A DNA stretch of 63,533 nt, filler included, from Sphacelaria rigidula (lineage: Eukaryota): NCBI GenBank assembly GCA_964200075.2. It is 10 parts of 10 records of this genome, joined end to end, with 100 filler letters (N's around TTAATTAATTAA, not from the genome) between each part and the next. Parts side by side here need not be neighbours in the genome. Positions count along the whole stretch, not along the records: positions 19,093 to 25,355 come from CAXNAA020021141.1; positions 25,456 to 31,718 come from CAXNAA020021142.1; positions 31,819 to 38,081 come from CAXNAA020021143.1; 7 more parts are not named here. One strand, given 5' to 3'. Positions 20,742 to 33,534 of this stretch are shown piece by piece (position 1 is the stretch's first letter; every line of letters starts with the position of its first letter). Below the pieces are notes generated by a model. It searched no databases. It had not been told where the DNA came from and saw nothing but the letters and a program-made list of their open reading frames with translations. The position numbers and the translations under genes were made by a program.

Positions 20742-23700
20742 CTGCCGCGGCGGTGAAGAGGGGTCAGGGTTGAGGGGGGCGGGGGGGGCGAGACCAAAGT
20801 GAAACACGCATGAGGATGTGCGCACGGGAGATGGTGGGGAATCATATGTGCGGCCTACATAATCTCTCGTGGACGGGGGCCCAATTTACCGGTGGGCCGT
20901 TCGTTGACTATGTTGATTAAGCTGAGAAAATGAAATGTAGATAAAAGGGGTAGGAAGGGTGTCACAAAAGAGAGATGTCCTCTCGGGGCGTTTTGGGAAC
21001 TTGTGTCAACGGAAATGGGCGGCTGGGTTGTCGAACACAAGCGCTTGCTTTCCGGCGAGCAAGCCGCACGGAGTATGGTTCGGCATGACCCCCACAGCTG
21101 AATGGTGCGGGAGCCAAACTATATACCATGTTTTCATCACGAAGTTTTTGGTGCGCTGCTGTGAATACATAAGAAAAAAACAACTCATGAAACGCGTTGT
21201 ACACAAGCCACTTCACCACGGGCCACAGACATGCCCACACAGGACGCTGCCAAATTTCAATGGGCCACAAATACGAAGACGATGATGAATTATTTGCTCG
21301 TGACCTGCACGAGCCAGTCGCTAATGTTTTGCGGTGTGCCTTAATTGTACATCAATGTATACATATGCTTGGAAGTACATGTTTGCAGTATGTTGCGTAT
21401 TGTGTGGCGATATCAGCACGGTCACGTCCGGCTCTTCGCGATTGGATGCACATGAGTAATGTGAGTTTTTTTGTCAGAACTCCCTGCATGTTCGATGCCT
21501 GCTTTCATCACAAAACTACAAACGAAAAAAAAACTGAAATGGCACCGTAGTTGTTGCCAATGAAGTGACGGAAGGTGCTCCATAAAACAAAACGCGAATA
21601 CATGTACTTATAAGCGTGATCCTCACCCCACACTTAGTTTGTACGATTTTTTTGTTGACAAATCGGGACTTTTTTTCAGGCTTGCGAAGTAGTTACAGTT
21701 ATGGGGGTGAATGAAGGCCTTACCGACCAAAGATCCGTTGTCAACAAAAAAAATATGAACGCGAAGAGATACAATATTGAAGACGTATTGAAGACGAATT
21801 GAAGACGTCATTGACTGGTTGAACCTGTGCCGAACCTCTACCGAACAGAACACACGCTCCATCCGATGTTACCTAGGTTTAGTATGCGACAGCGGTAATT
21901 TTTCATCGCGTCGTTCTCGAGACAGGAAGCAAACCGGCCTGTGGCACTTCACAGCCCCCGCGCACACACACTAGATCTATTCAGTGCCGCGGAGTATTTG
22001 CTCAATTCGCAACAGCGAATCCGAAAAGCCCCCGAACGTCGAAGAAAACGCCTTTTTCAGTACATTTTGGCGGTTTGCAAATTGCTGCGGGCTCCGCGGC
22101 ACGCGTTACGGAAGTCCGCCGCGCCACTGAATAGTTCTGGTGTATAGGAAGCACACGCATCAAATCGCAGTCCAATCCTCTGCTTCTTCGCCGATAAATC
22201 TGCGTTGAAAAATCGGCATTTGCGGCTTCAGGAACAGCAGCGTTTGTCGACGTGAAAAATGGGGAATTCTCAAAAGTCCGATGTTTCGAAGCTCAAGAGA
22301 AAAGCGAACTCCCGCGTAGCATGGACTAAGTACAAGGAAAAAAACGCTCGAGACTTATCCTGTGGCCTGACAGCCGCGCGCAAGGTCAAGGCGGCGTCTC
22401 AACGCGGAGAAGGCTGAAAAAAAACTCAAGGCGGCCACCGAAAGGCTCAACGCGGTCACCGAAAAGCTTGACGCGCCTGTTTCATGTCAGAGTACTGGGT
22501 CCAGCGCATAAGCTAAGCCGGTGCGCCCACTTTTCGTTGTGGTCCTTTCGCCCTTTCACAGTCGGGAGACAGCGATGATGTTTTCCGTAACTGACTGTGC
22601 ATACTAATAACAATATGTGAACAATGCAACGTGGGGCAAGCTTCGTTTTGAAGGGTATGTGTATGCATCTTCCGTCCTGCCATGTGGTGCTTATTTCTTG
22701 TATGCGCTTGTGTACAAGGGACAATTCGTTCTCCCAACATAGAGCACCACGAACCATATAGTTTGCTCTGATCAAAATTGGCTGTGTTGTGTCTACTCTG
22801 TCGAGCGCACAAGCCAGGGTCTCAAGCGCTGTATTTTCTTTGCTTGATGCACTGCCTTTGACAGACCGAAGACAGCCATGACGTTTGCTGTCACAACTGC
22901 CTGTGTACATTGATAACGAGATGACAGAAGAAAACTATAAGACTGGACAGGCGGGATGTAAGCCACGTGCTGGTTTCCTCTGTGTGGCTGTACAAAGCAC
23001 CTTCGTGTTACAACAGCAAGTACCGGTCACCTTTCGAATTGCAGTGGGCAACGTCACACATGGAAGTCACCTGAGCGTACGTCGGACGGATCGGGCGCAG
23101 GAACCCACGTGTGAAAAGCGGTTTTGACCACTATCGGTGTATCGCACTTCACTGACTAATAACAGCAGCCCTGATGTTTGTTGCCACTGCCGCCTGAGTA
23201 AACTAACAACAATATGTAAACATCGCGGTTGGCAAGTTGCACTTTCTATTGAATGCATCGTTCCGGGACTATATACTACAACATAAAAACAAGCAAGGGC
23301 ATTTGCACCAACATGCGCATTCCAGCACTTGTTCTGTGCCGATGTCATGTGAAATGGATATGTGGGGGCCTTGATTACGCAGCGCTCCTTTTGCGCCGCC
23401 GTGGTGGTCGGCATGACACAGAAAGCAACGTGACGGTTCAACGCTGATAGCTCCAAACGTCTCGTGTCTTGTGTCGCAGAGGTAGAGTTTGCCGTTGACG
23501 GTTTGCTTTTAGGAGTGAAGAACACAAAAGTGATTCCTTCCACTCGTGCCACAACCCTGAGCCCATCGGGCCCATGAAGAAGTTGCTCTCCAAACCCGCC
23601 ATCACAGAAAGGTGCAGGGTATGCAATGAGCAGCCCAGCCGCACAGCGTGAACCGCTTTATCGTCGTCAACGTCGTCTACATCATTCTCACTTGTTTCAC

Positions 23701-25284
23701 GATACTCGACACTCGTGCTCATTGTCTGAATATTCTATGCTACTTCGTTTTTGCGGTATGTGAGTAAAAGGATTAAGTAGGGTTGGTGTTGTGGATGACG
23801 CCCGCAACTTCTGCCACCTTTCGTGTTCTTGACTGCTGGTGTTGAGAAGAACGGTGAATGTGGGGTGGGACGTAGTGGGCGTGTGCTTCCCGAGAGCAAC
23901 AGCTACATGATACAAGCACACAACAATATGTCAGTGCAGTGGTCGGAGCAACTACATTTCCGCGACACCGACCTCTCACAGGCTTGTAAATATGTACTGA
24001 AGTGAGACTACATTTCATACGAGCGAGGTCGTTATTCGGAGATGACGCGTGTATTTGTGATTGATGCAATTGGCTCGATTACGGGTAATTTTTTCTGCAG
24101 TGAATAGTGGTCGGTCCATTTTACCGATGTATAGTGCCCAAAATCGGGCCTCATTCACCCCCATAACAGTGGGTCAGATAAATCCTGGTGCGGATTTTGA
24201 GCTCGATATAGAGTGCCCAGTCTGCGGAGCTGTGCAGGAGTAAGCTGGAAGCAGAGCCCGATAATTCGTTAGTACATGTTAGCATATGCTTCTCATGAGC
24301 TTTGAGCCTCGATTCCATCGCCCTACATGCGTCTTGAGCGCACTGTACCGGCTTTACAGCAGCAGGCATGTTCGTGTTGAAAAGAGTGAAAAAATGAGTG
24401 ATGAATACGCAAAACCGACATTCCATGTTGTGCTTTTGAATATCCTGAGCTTAGTCGATTCACGGCTCGAGCCAGATATTGTCCGAGAGCTGTACCCACC
24501 GACCTATTGCCGAAGATAGCTTCCCTGTAGGTGTCGCTATAATCTGCGAAAAAAGGCGTTTTTATTTGTTCCGGCATTGTTATTCGTGTTTCGGAGCCTT
24601 TGATCCTTGAATCACAACTTTTTTCAGGATTCGCCCATGAAAATGAGCTTATATTTGGTACGTAGTTCGATGCGTGGGGCGTACTCTACTACAACGATGG
24701 AACCCAGAACCCAGAGGTGCCTCAGCAGTCACGTGATGTATGTAACCTTGGTCGAATCAGCGACAGCCAGAGAAATTTTTGCATGTAACAGCAACCACCG
24801 TAAGGGCAAGACGACCCCTGTGAAGCCAATAGTTCACCACACCAATGAAGATGATGGCATAATGGAAACATACGCTCGAGCATGAATCCTACGGACTAGC
24901 AGCGAATCGACAGCAACAGGACTGTCTACACGCTGCCACTAGATTTTGATAAAACACTCGCGTATCTCGCCCACATACTGTTTGTTGGCATGCTGGTCAT
25001 GTCGTTATCGGACGTCGAGAGGTGGATTTCATCTCAGCTGTTCGCCAAAAAACGAAATCCGCGGTCGATTCTGATATGATTTCTTCGGTGGCGATCGAGC
25101 GTGTAGGGCCACACTGCTACGATGAAAAATCGGTTGAAAAAACAACCAACTCCTGCGTTCGCCCAAGCTAGCTAAGTACATTTGCCGTAGGCGTTGGGTT
25201 GATGTTGTATCGCAGCGTGGCATGTTATGCTCCAGAAGCGCGCTGACGCGCGCGGGAAGAGAGAGGCGCGCGCGAGCGCGCGAA

Positions 25285-25355
25285 GGGGGTGTACTCATGA
25301 CCATGCATGCCATAGTCATAAGACCATTGACCTCGCATCCCTACAAAGCCGGGAC
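25285..25355 (+). repeat. Dispersed repeat family A, copy truncated by contig end
   Basis: GGGGGTGTACTCATGACCATGCATGCCATAGTCATAAGACCATTGAC...CCCTACAAAG matches the reverse complements of ~51345-51417 and ~33895-33964. Confidence 0.85.
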
Positions 25356-26439
25356 NNNNNNNNNNNNNNNNNNNNNNNNNNNNNNNNNNNNNNNNNNNNT
25401 TAATTAATTAANNNNNNNNNNNNNNNNNNNNNNNNNNNNNNNNNNNNNNNNNNNNGTCTCCGGTTGCTGCGCATCTCTGGCCCGTCCGTCCGTCGTCTCG
25501 TCTGTGCTGGGTGTGTCTGTGGCTTGTCCGGGGGGGGGGGGGGGGAGGGGGAGTTGTGCCTGTTTGACTCGATCTTCGAAGATAGACCCCACCCTTATCT
25601 TCGTAGTAAGATTTGAAACCCAACCGACCCAGTGACAGCCTTCGAAGTGTCGATTTGCTCCTCTATTCGAATTTTCGGGCCGAAACTCTCAAACCTCGAG
25701 GGAGGAGTCCAGATACGTACATGCCCAACAACTTGGAAATCTCGTACATGATTGTTGAAGATGTTTCATTTTTCATATTTATGTTGGAAGCATGGCTATC
25801 GAACACGACCCGTCGAGGTGTCGAAACAGGTGTAGTTGTTATCATCTCCGTGCGATTCGGAGACGAATTCAGACATGTTGGTTTTCGCGTCAATCTATCG
25901 GCTAATCACTGCCACCTGGCCGTATTGGGCGCGTTGGTATACCGCACTGTGAAATGACGAATGCGCCCGAATGGCCGACAAGAGCGCGCGTTGATCTTTT
26001 TGGTGTTTTTGTGGCCCCAGGAAGCCTACTTTCTGTCTTGTGTTGTTGTGCTGTGTTCGTGCTGTTTACTCTGGACACACTCGTTTGTCTCACGTGATAA
26101 AATCAGCCTGTGGAGAGGAAAGCATCACTTCGCTCACAACGATCGTGTAAAAAGAAGCGGTGGACGGGTATCACGGGGCCCTACTCTCGGTAGTGGATCT
26201 ACCGCAAAAAACAGACGGTTTGTCGTGAGCCAGCAACCGGGAGCATCGAACCTTTCCGTCGTCGATAACGAGTTTCTCTCTCTCTCTCTCCACACCAGTG
26301 TTTGTTGCAACCGGTAGATAGTATATTTTCGGAGCCAAGCATCAGATAGGGTTGCTACGCCTCGCGATGATATACTTGCTCCGAGATGCACGAGCTATTG
26401 ACAACGGGGTACAGATGCACCCGCCGCATACGCCGGTCC

Positions 26440-26560
26440 ACATCCACGCGTTGGTTGGACGAAGGTCCGATATTATAGGTACCTCTTCTTTTCGCCATCG
26501 CATTAGCACTGGCCTTGAGGCGTCGCGTAAAGCCGCGAGTACCTCCACACCGTAGCACGA
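26440..26560 (-). CDS. DOT1-like methyltransferase, exon 4 (post-motif-I GxE); 3' boundary unresolved
   Basis: CCACAG acceptor then SCYGVEVLAALRDASRPVLMRWRKEE. Downstream donor and remaining exons could not be fixed; the lower coordinate is approximate. Confidence 0.7.
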
Positions 26561-26848
26561 CTGTGGTTTGTTAAGCGCATCAGTCATTGTGCGGGGAGAG
26601 GGGGCGAAAAGCGGGGAAGGGGCTTTGCTGGAGGAAACGGCAACCTCTATCAGTGCAAGTGTACGACAATCACACGAAATGGACGGAGATAATCTTGTTT
26701 CCGCCGCACAACGAATATAGGCGTAGAGAGAGTCTATCTGCACAAGGTGAGCGAAACCATGGTGACGGATCCTTGATTCCTCAACATTTCGACCACGAGC
26801 AAACATCGTTACGGCTGACGTACAGTACCGGAGCGCACGGCTACCCAC

Positions 26849-26968
26849 TTCAAAGTTGTGCCCCATGGCTGCAGCGATCACCAGCTTTCCGACGCCGGCG
26901 CCAAGGTCCCAAAAACTCCCTCCAGGTTCCATCATATGCCCGTGTATTCGCTTGAGTTTCACAAACAC
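26849..26968 (-). CDS. DOT1-like methyltransferase, exon 3 (SAM-binding motif I)
   Basis: AAG acceptor; VFVKLKRIHGHMMEPGGSFWDLGAGVGKLVIAAAMGHNFE; GTGGGT donor. F.DLG.G.GK glycine-rich loop. Confidence 0.88.
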
Positions 26969-27236
26969 CTTTCAGCGTAACATCACCCCCATACATTCGC
27001 GCAAGATGGGACAACGACAAACATGGAATAAATGCAGGGTCATTCGCCGCTCGCTTCGCATATCCTACATACTTGTGGATCGAGACAAACTCACTCCTGA
27101 AACACCTGCTCCAGTGCACGATTTGTCCTTCACAGAGTCCACCACGCTTGAAGGAGTTCTTACACTGCAAGTACTGACGCGTAGAGCTGGGCCATTCGGT
27201 TGCGTGGTGCTGGACGGAGTGAGGTGTCTAATTTAC

Positions 27237-27965
27237 CTTCACGAAGGATGCTATCTCCAGCTCTCCGTAGACGAGAGATTCTTGCTTCAGACCAGCACTT
27301 ATGCGGTTGTCCTGCGATACACCCTTCACAATCGCCGCGGGGAGGTCATCGTATAGCCGGCCCACGAGCGTCAGAGTCTTGTTCATAGTTTCCACTGCCT
27401 CTTCAGCCTCGAGCACCCGTGGACCCATCCTACTGTGGAGTCTGCGCATGTAGGCAAACACCTCGTACTTGGTGAGAGGCTGGTAAACGAAACCTTGTTC
27501 ATTTCCTTCGACACCACGACCCCCCCCTATTCTTGTTGGACTGGAGACTACTGGATTTTCTTCATCATCGATGTCCGACTCCGGTTCGGTGTCTGACTCG
27601 CCTGCCTCCTGGTCAACAGCGGTAGGTGTGTTGTTGTCAATGTCTGCCCTTGGTTTCCCGAACATGGACTTCCCACCGAATACCCCCCTTCTTTTCTGCG
27701 CAAGCGTATTTTCTACTGCTAACTCCTGCTTCGCCACGTTGGCTGCATTCTCGTCTACCCAGCACTGGGGCATAGTCGACCCTTCCTGCGCAAGGAGGGC
27801 TTTCAGCGGTTCGGCTGGTATTTCCTTCTGTCTCATCGTGCGGTTTAGTTTCTTCGTAATCTGTCCCCAGCGCTTAGTGCTGCCCGGGGCGTTGGCCTGA
27901 GCAAGCCTACATAGGATTTCGTCGATCCCTTCCGCCGCTAGCTCTGCTTCTTCTTCTCGTTCGAG
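27237..27965 (-). CDS. DOT1-like methyltransferase, exon 2
   Basis: AACAG acceptor; 243 open codons ending QESLVYGELEIASFVK (DOT1-type YGE motif); GTAAAT donor. Confidence 0.85.
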
Positions 27966-28320
27966 CTGTTTGAATTATATCCCATGATTCGATGCGTTAA
28001 AGTGGTCACAAAAAGGAAATAGTGCACTCTCGGCGTGGCGACGGTGGGCGACTTTTCTGTCGTTTCCTGGGCGTATTAGTTGGGAGCCCAATACACAACA
28101 CATCGTGCGCATGTATGCTTTGATGAAAGACGACAAAGGTTGTGGTGGATATGTGAGCTCGGAGGCACCACATCGTCCTCCGGTTGTATCACAGGTACAT
28201 CCCCCCTATATTATCTGTATGGTATTGAGACAAAGTACACCAAATACAACAGTGTCGCGAACAAAGACGGCGCCAGAGAGAACGTTCGAAGCCGAATCGG
28301 GGCCACGCTGAACCGCTTAC

Positions 28321-28446
28321 TTGGGCTGCTTCATTATCACCATCGAAGTCTGGCGCTTTCTCCGGGGCCGCAGCATCAGGCTTGACTTCTTCTGGAACCT
28401 TTACCGCATTATTTTTTTTCTTGAAAAATGAAGCCCCCGCGCCCAT
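28321..28446 (-). CDS. DOT1-like class I SAM-dependent methyltransferase, exon 1
   Basis: ATG at 28446, MGAGASFFKKK...DNEAAQ (42 codons), GTAAGC donor, phase 0 into exon 2. Confidence 0.75.
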
Positions 28447-28835
28447 CCTCGGGTGCGACGCCAATGGTGTTGCCTGCTGCGTGCAAACGGCAAAAGTGAT
28501 GATCTACCTTCTGATCGTATTTATTGATTGGTTCCCAATGTTCGGGAAGTGGAACCGGGAAATTTCCATTTTTTTTGGCGTTACATGATTCCACCTCTCT
28601 GTTGAAAGTGGCATGCCATATACCTCCGAACTTGAAGTAGGAGAAACAGCACATCGGTTATCCCCCGTAGATTTCCGACTACAGGGAATGCAGCTCGTTG
28701 CCAGAGGAGGTGGTGTGTATACTCAATAACTCCACGGGAATTTAAATGTTCCGATTGCTGAGCCATGGACCGCGGGTCTGAACACAGCGGTGCCGGGCAT
28801 AGAAAAAATGTACAACAAACGGGTACGAGAGAAAC

Positions 28836-29214
28836 ATGGCGCGCAGATCGAGTACTTTGACGGCACAAAGATCGTGCATGTTGACAACGTTCGGCTGTCT
28901 GGCCTTACTCAGCACGACAGCGCGTGGATTTACAGCTATTGGAAAAATTTGCCGTCCACCCTCAGCCTTCACTCAACGGCAACATCAACGCTGGCGAATC
29001 CCTGCTAGTCTTGAGGCACGCATCTCCGTCTCATCGTCGTGCAGACAAGCGCAATCAATAGGGAGGCGCAGCACGCGGCAAGCGGGCGGGATGCTCTCTG
29101 CTATGGCTAAAGCACACAGTAAAAATGGTTCTGAATTACGTGTGTCGACCCCAGAATGGTTCGCCAAGGAGCGTGTGAGAAGTATCACGAAAGCCCAAGT
29201 GCCAACGGATACCG
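28836..29214 (+). CDS. First exon of an organelle-targeted protein, possibly a class II CPD photolyase
   Basis: Hydrophobic signal-like MLTTFGCLALLSTTARG-F (ATG at 28836 or 28878) plus an S/R-rich transit-like stretch gives a heterokont bipartite plastid presequence. It ends in TPEWFAKERVRSIT...DT, resembling the R-V-R segment preceding the VYWM.RD motif of class II photolyases. G|GTGGGT donor. Next exon not found in the contig. Confidence 0.5.
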
Positions 29215-31579
29215 GTGGGTGACTCACTCGTATTTGTGCTAGCATGTCCAGCCCGACGATGTTCGGTTGTTTATGTTCTGATTTCCTCGTTGTGGAGGTG
29301 TGAGCTGTTATTCATCTGTCCGTTTCTATTCCCCGCACAAACAGCATAATGATAGAGTGACAGTGCGTGGAGATGCGAAGCTGAGCAATTAAATGTAGAG
29401 TTCGGCGCGCAATACTCGTACCTATAGTGCAGTACAGTCCTTGTGCTAACCTTCATTTTTTGTACTGAAGTACGTATGTTCACATACTCGTCAGTACACG
29501 TCATGTTCGTCGTAATAGTCACAACAACCAACAGTTGCAAAGTACGTGGTTCAAGGACCAGTGTTCCGCCGTCGATAAGGTCACCTTATTCAACACCCCT
29601 TGAAAGAAGGCACGGCGGGTTCAATGAGCTCGATCGAGCATGCACCCACCAATAAACGGTAATATTTGCGCAGAGGATCTCCAAAGGTAAGTCCTTAACG
29701 AACTTCGTGTCATTTCTGTCGACTACAATTGGCGCAAAAATTGGCGATGGACGTGTCCAACACCAGCTCTCAATATCTGTACAAGCCCGAAAGTCAATAT
29801 CCAGTTTATCCTTCGTAGACGCGAACGCAGGTAATCCACGACGGAAGAAGCTCTGCGTGGTGCCTCTACACATGTTACCACTTCTGACTATCAGCCGTCG
29901 TCTGAGACCGAGATCTCTGCTCATGACATGTAGTTCAATAGTTGTTGGTGGTGCTTTCGACTTCGAAATTCGTTCGCCACAAGGGTGTATATCGCAGCAG
30001 CACTGAGGTATCACGTGTGGCTGTTCAACAGCTTCACAGCGGGAGTTGAATAGTCTCAGTTGGCACCGGGTGAAGTTAAGATGTCATCGACTACGTGCAA
30101 AAGGTGCTTGGACGTCGAAGGTGCGATCGAAAAGATTGCTGAAAGCGGCATCACAAGCACCGCGATTTCGCCTCGCACGGCTCTCGGCGGTGAATCCAAG
30201 CTCTCTTGGCTTCGTACTATGATTATGTTCTCCAGTTTTGCTGCATATTGTACTCAAAGCTGGTATTATCTCATTTATGTAGACCAGCCTTGTCTTTGTG
30301 TTCGATAGCTAGCACTATTAATAGCACAGCACTGTAGTTTTGGATCAGGGATGTGTAGTAAAGCCACCTCAAGTACGCTTTGACGTCCAGATTATTGTAG
30401 GATTGTCCAACTTGTGTCGCGTTGTTCAACTTACGGCATGGGTGAGATACCGTCAAGATTTACATTCCGCAGTGGGTATCTCATAGTCTGTTAATACCGC
30501 AGTGTACTGTATTGTGCGTAGCGCAGGAGATGTTTGCCTCCGGTATCAGGACAGCGGTGTCCGGAACCGGTTCACCTAGGTATCGTTCGTACTGAAGTCA
30601 AGTCGAGTGGAGATTCTGAGACGACTTATTTGGGCATGCAAGCGGACCTCAACCGAGGTGTTCGGTTGACGAGGCTTTATGAACCCGGCAGATATTTGGC
30701 AATATACCGCCAGTGATTATGAGGTTATGTGCGTTGCCATGGGGACGGATGACGTGGTGTCAGGAGATCAGCAGTATCTCGCAACACCATGGGGCTAGTG
30801 CGCGCGGAGGCGATGTATTCACCAAAGCAGCGGCAAACGCCGCCTTCCGTCCTCTCACGCCACCTCATTTTGCTTGAAAGTGTCGACTATACCTTGCCCC
30901 TCACACATATACTATTTTTTAAGCGTTTCACAAGTAAGTTATCTCGCCGCGTGCTTGTATCTTACCTCGACAAAAATGGGGGTCAAGAGTGCACCGTACA
31001 GCCCCAAATTTCCGCGATATTCGTCATCATCTACGGAAACACGGAGGCGTTCAAACCAACATAGATACACATTTAAGCGAACGACTCAACACTGATGTTA
31101 AAAAATGGGGCTTTTCGAGTTGTTTGGGATCTCTACCGCGAAAACATTGAGAGGTACGATCCTTTGAATCCCCAAACCCACCATTAAAAGCTGAGCAGGC
31201 GGGCTTCGAGTGGGGTATCGAGCTGTGAAGCACAGTCAGTAGTGTACCCGTTTGAAGGTGGCATAGCGGGAGCTGAAAGTCCCCGCCTTGTATGTAGTCT
31301 TGCCCAAGGCGGATCTAAGACGGGTCGCGCGGTAAATGGGGTTTTGGCGCCGAATGCGAAAACGAGTGATGGATATCACGGGCGAGAGCTGTGTGTGCGC
31401 AGAGTCCGCGCAGAGCCCACTCCTTTTCCAACCTATCATGCGGCGGTAATCATTCACGACGGTTTTTGCCTTCATCGTTCCAGGGTACATACTACTCCGG
31501 TACCCTTTATTTTTTCGGTGTGGAGAAGAAAGAAAACAAGTTGCGTCATTCCTGTCTATTGGGTTACAGTACCTGCCGG

Positions 31580-31718
31580 TCGCCCCGGTGGCTCAGTTGC
31601 TAACCTCGAAACCTTCTGATGGTTGGGTTGTGGGTTCGAATCTCGGAGCGATCTGGGATTTTTCTCACACAATGCCCACCAGTGGAGAGCGACTATGTCG
31701 TGGGTACACAAACTTCGA
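31580..31718 (+). mobile_element. tRNA-derived SINE head or tRNA-like pseudogene, truncated by contig end
   Basis: Pol III A-box-like GGTGGCTCAGTTG and B-box GGTTCGAATC (31633-31642). Imperfect acceptor-stem pairing TCGCCCCGG/TCGGAGCGA; anticodon arm not canonical. Confidence 0.6.
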
Positions 31719-31830
31719 NNNNNNNNNNNNNNNNNNNNNNNNNNNNNNNNNNNNNNNNNNNNTTAATTAATTAANNNNNNNNNNNNNNNNNNNNNNNNNN
31801 NNNNNNNNNNNNNNNNNNCTGCTCCGTTCT

Positions 31831-32357
31831 GTCATGGCCATGCAGCTCAACCGTCAAAGCTTCGGCGGCTTTGACGGCAGCTTCTGCCTTCGCATGCTCT
31901 TTCCGCGCGGTAGCGCGCGTGACCGCAGCGACGGCAGCGACCAGTTTGAGCACGGTCACCCCTGCGGTCATGCGCGCTACCGCGCGGAAAGAGCATGCGA
32001 AGGCAGAAGCTGCCGTCAAAGCCGCCGAAGCTTTGACGGTTGAGCTGCATGGCCATGACTCAATGATGCAGGTGTTCCTTGGCGGTACGACTGCGTTTTC
32101 CCTGGCAAGTGTGGTGGGATTGTGCCGAGCCAAGAAAAAAACCCGTAAGTCCCACCATCTCTGTTCCTGGTCGCTGCCGTCGCTGCGGTCACGCGCGCTA
32201 CCGCGCGGAAAGAGCGTGCGAAGGCAGAAGCTGCCGTCAAAGCCGCCGAAGCTTTGACGGTTGAGCTGCATGGCCATGACTCAATGATGCAGGTGTTCCT
32301 TGGCGGTACGACTGCGTTTTCCCTGGCGAGTGTGGTGGGATTGTGCCGAGCCAAGAA
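31831..32357. repeat. Inverted plus direct duplication of coding sequence
   Basis: 98-bp arms 31831-31928 and 31962-32059 are near-perfect reverse complements. 31962-32136 is repeated directly at 32183-32357. Confidence 0.92.
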
Positions 32358-32388
32358 GAGGATCAACGAGCTCGATTTGGGCGCACAG
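32183..32388 (+). CDS. Coiled-coil protein, exon A (5' boundary obscured by rearrangement)
   Basis: ATARKERAKAEAAVKAAEALTVELHGHD...KKRINELDLGAQ then CAG|GTGACT donor, phase 0. Confidence 0.5.
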
Positions 32389-33136
32389 GTGACTGACTGC
32401 TCTTTCGGCCGTGAAGGGCTTTCACGTACACATTCTGCAGCCTTCTCCTTCTCGATTCGCAGCAGTGAGTAAGTATCGCGTGCAGTCTGTACTGTGGTGG
32501 CGACATGGCGGACGTCCGCAGCAGTCCTGCTATAGATATGCCTGCCGCGTAAGCCCTTCAGTGCGAGGCATTTGCTTGTAGAGATGAGCATCGATCCATG
32601 CTCCGTGAACCCCACATGGCACAGCCTTCGCAATGGACATACTATACATGGACCCAGTGTGATATTGAGCCTTCGCAGCCAAAGGGTTGTGTGGAGAACA
32701 TGTTCGCAGCCAATGGGATTGCGAAGCTCTTATCGCCTATCATTCCGCAGAGAATCTCCAGAACCTTCCACACGTTCACACGGCACACGTGTACCTACCC
32801 CACCTCACTGTGAAACCGGATGGAAAGTGTATTTCAAGGTTTTGCTGAAAACTATCGTACCATCGTTCGTTTCATCACTGAAAGGTGTTGGTTCCCGTTG
32901 GAGATTCGGTGGGCACATGCGTATTGTGGACGCTTCGGCAAGAAAGTGCTTGAAGACTCGTGACTCTCTTCTATTCATTGACTTCCAGTCGCTCTGAGGT
33001 TCCATGTGCTGTGTTTGACCATGTTTTTCTTGTCGGGCTTGGCACATCATCAGCATTGATGTATAGGTATAGAGAAACGTGTAAGCCGGCAAGCCCCTAC
33101 GATTCCTCATGTGCGTCGTGGTCTTTGATGCCCCAG

Positions 33137-33331
33137 GTCCGAGATCTTCGCGCCCACGCCCTCTGTGGGAGGCTGGCCAACCAGGAGCGGCAGTCCGCCA
33201 TCCGCGTCGCCGGGCTGCAGGGCGCCCTGGACTCCTCTCGAGTGCAGGTCAGGCTCCTGGAATATGTAACGGACTGGCTGGACTCAAAGAACGATAACCT
33301 CCGTCACAGCAACGCAGTAGCAAGAGGGGAG
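33137..33331 (+). CDS. Coiled-coil protein, exon B
   Basis: CCCAG acceptor; 65 codons VRDLRAHALCGRLANQERQSAIRVAGLQGALDSSR...ARGE; GTGAGA donor; phase 0/0. Confidence 0.65.
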
Positions 33332-33534
33332 GTGAGAAAAGTCTTGTTATGGAGACGTCGAGGTATACGGTGGTGGTGGCGATACTCGCTGTAGTGCGGA
33401 CGAGTGGTGGTGTTGAGAAAATGTCGTTAGACTGTGCTTTGAAATTGTACTTGATTGATATTAGCAACAGCATGTCGTGAACATTTGCGCCACAGGAGGG
33501 TTCTGAACCTCCTTCAAAGTGTACTGCTCCTCCC

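Noticed and set aside
31580..31651. Functional tRNA gene
   Set aside because: D and anticodon arms do not fold canonically and the acceptor stem is mismatched; a SINE head fits better.
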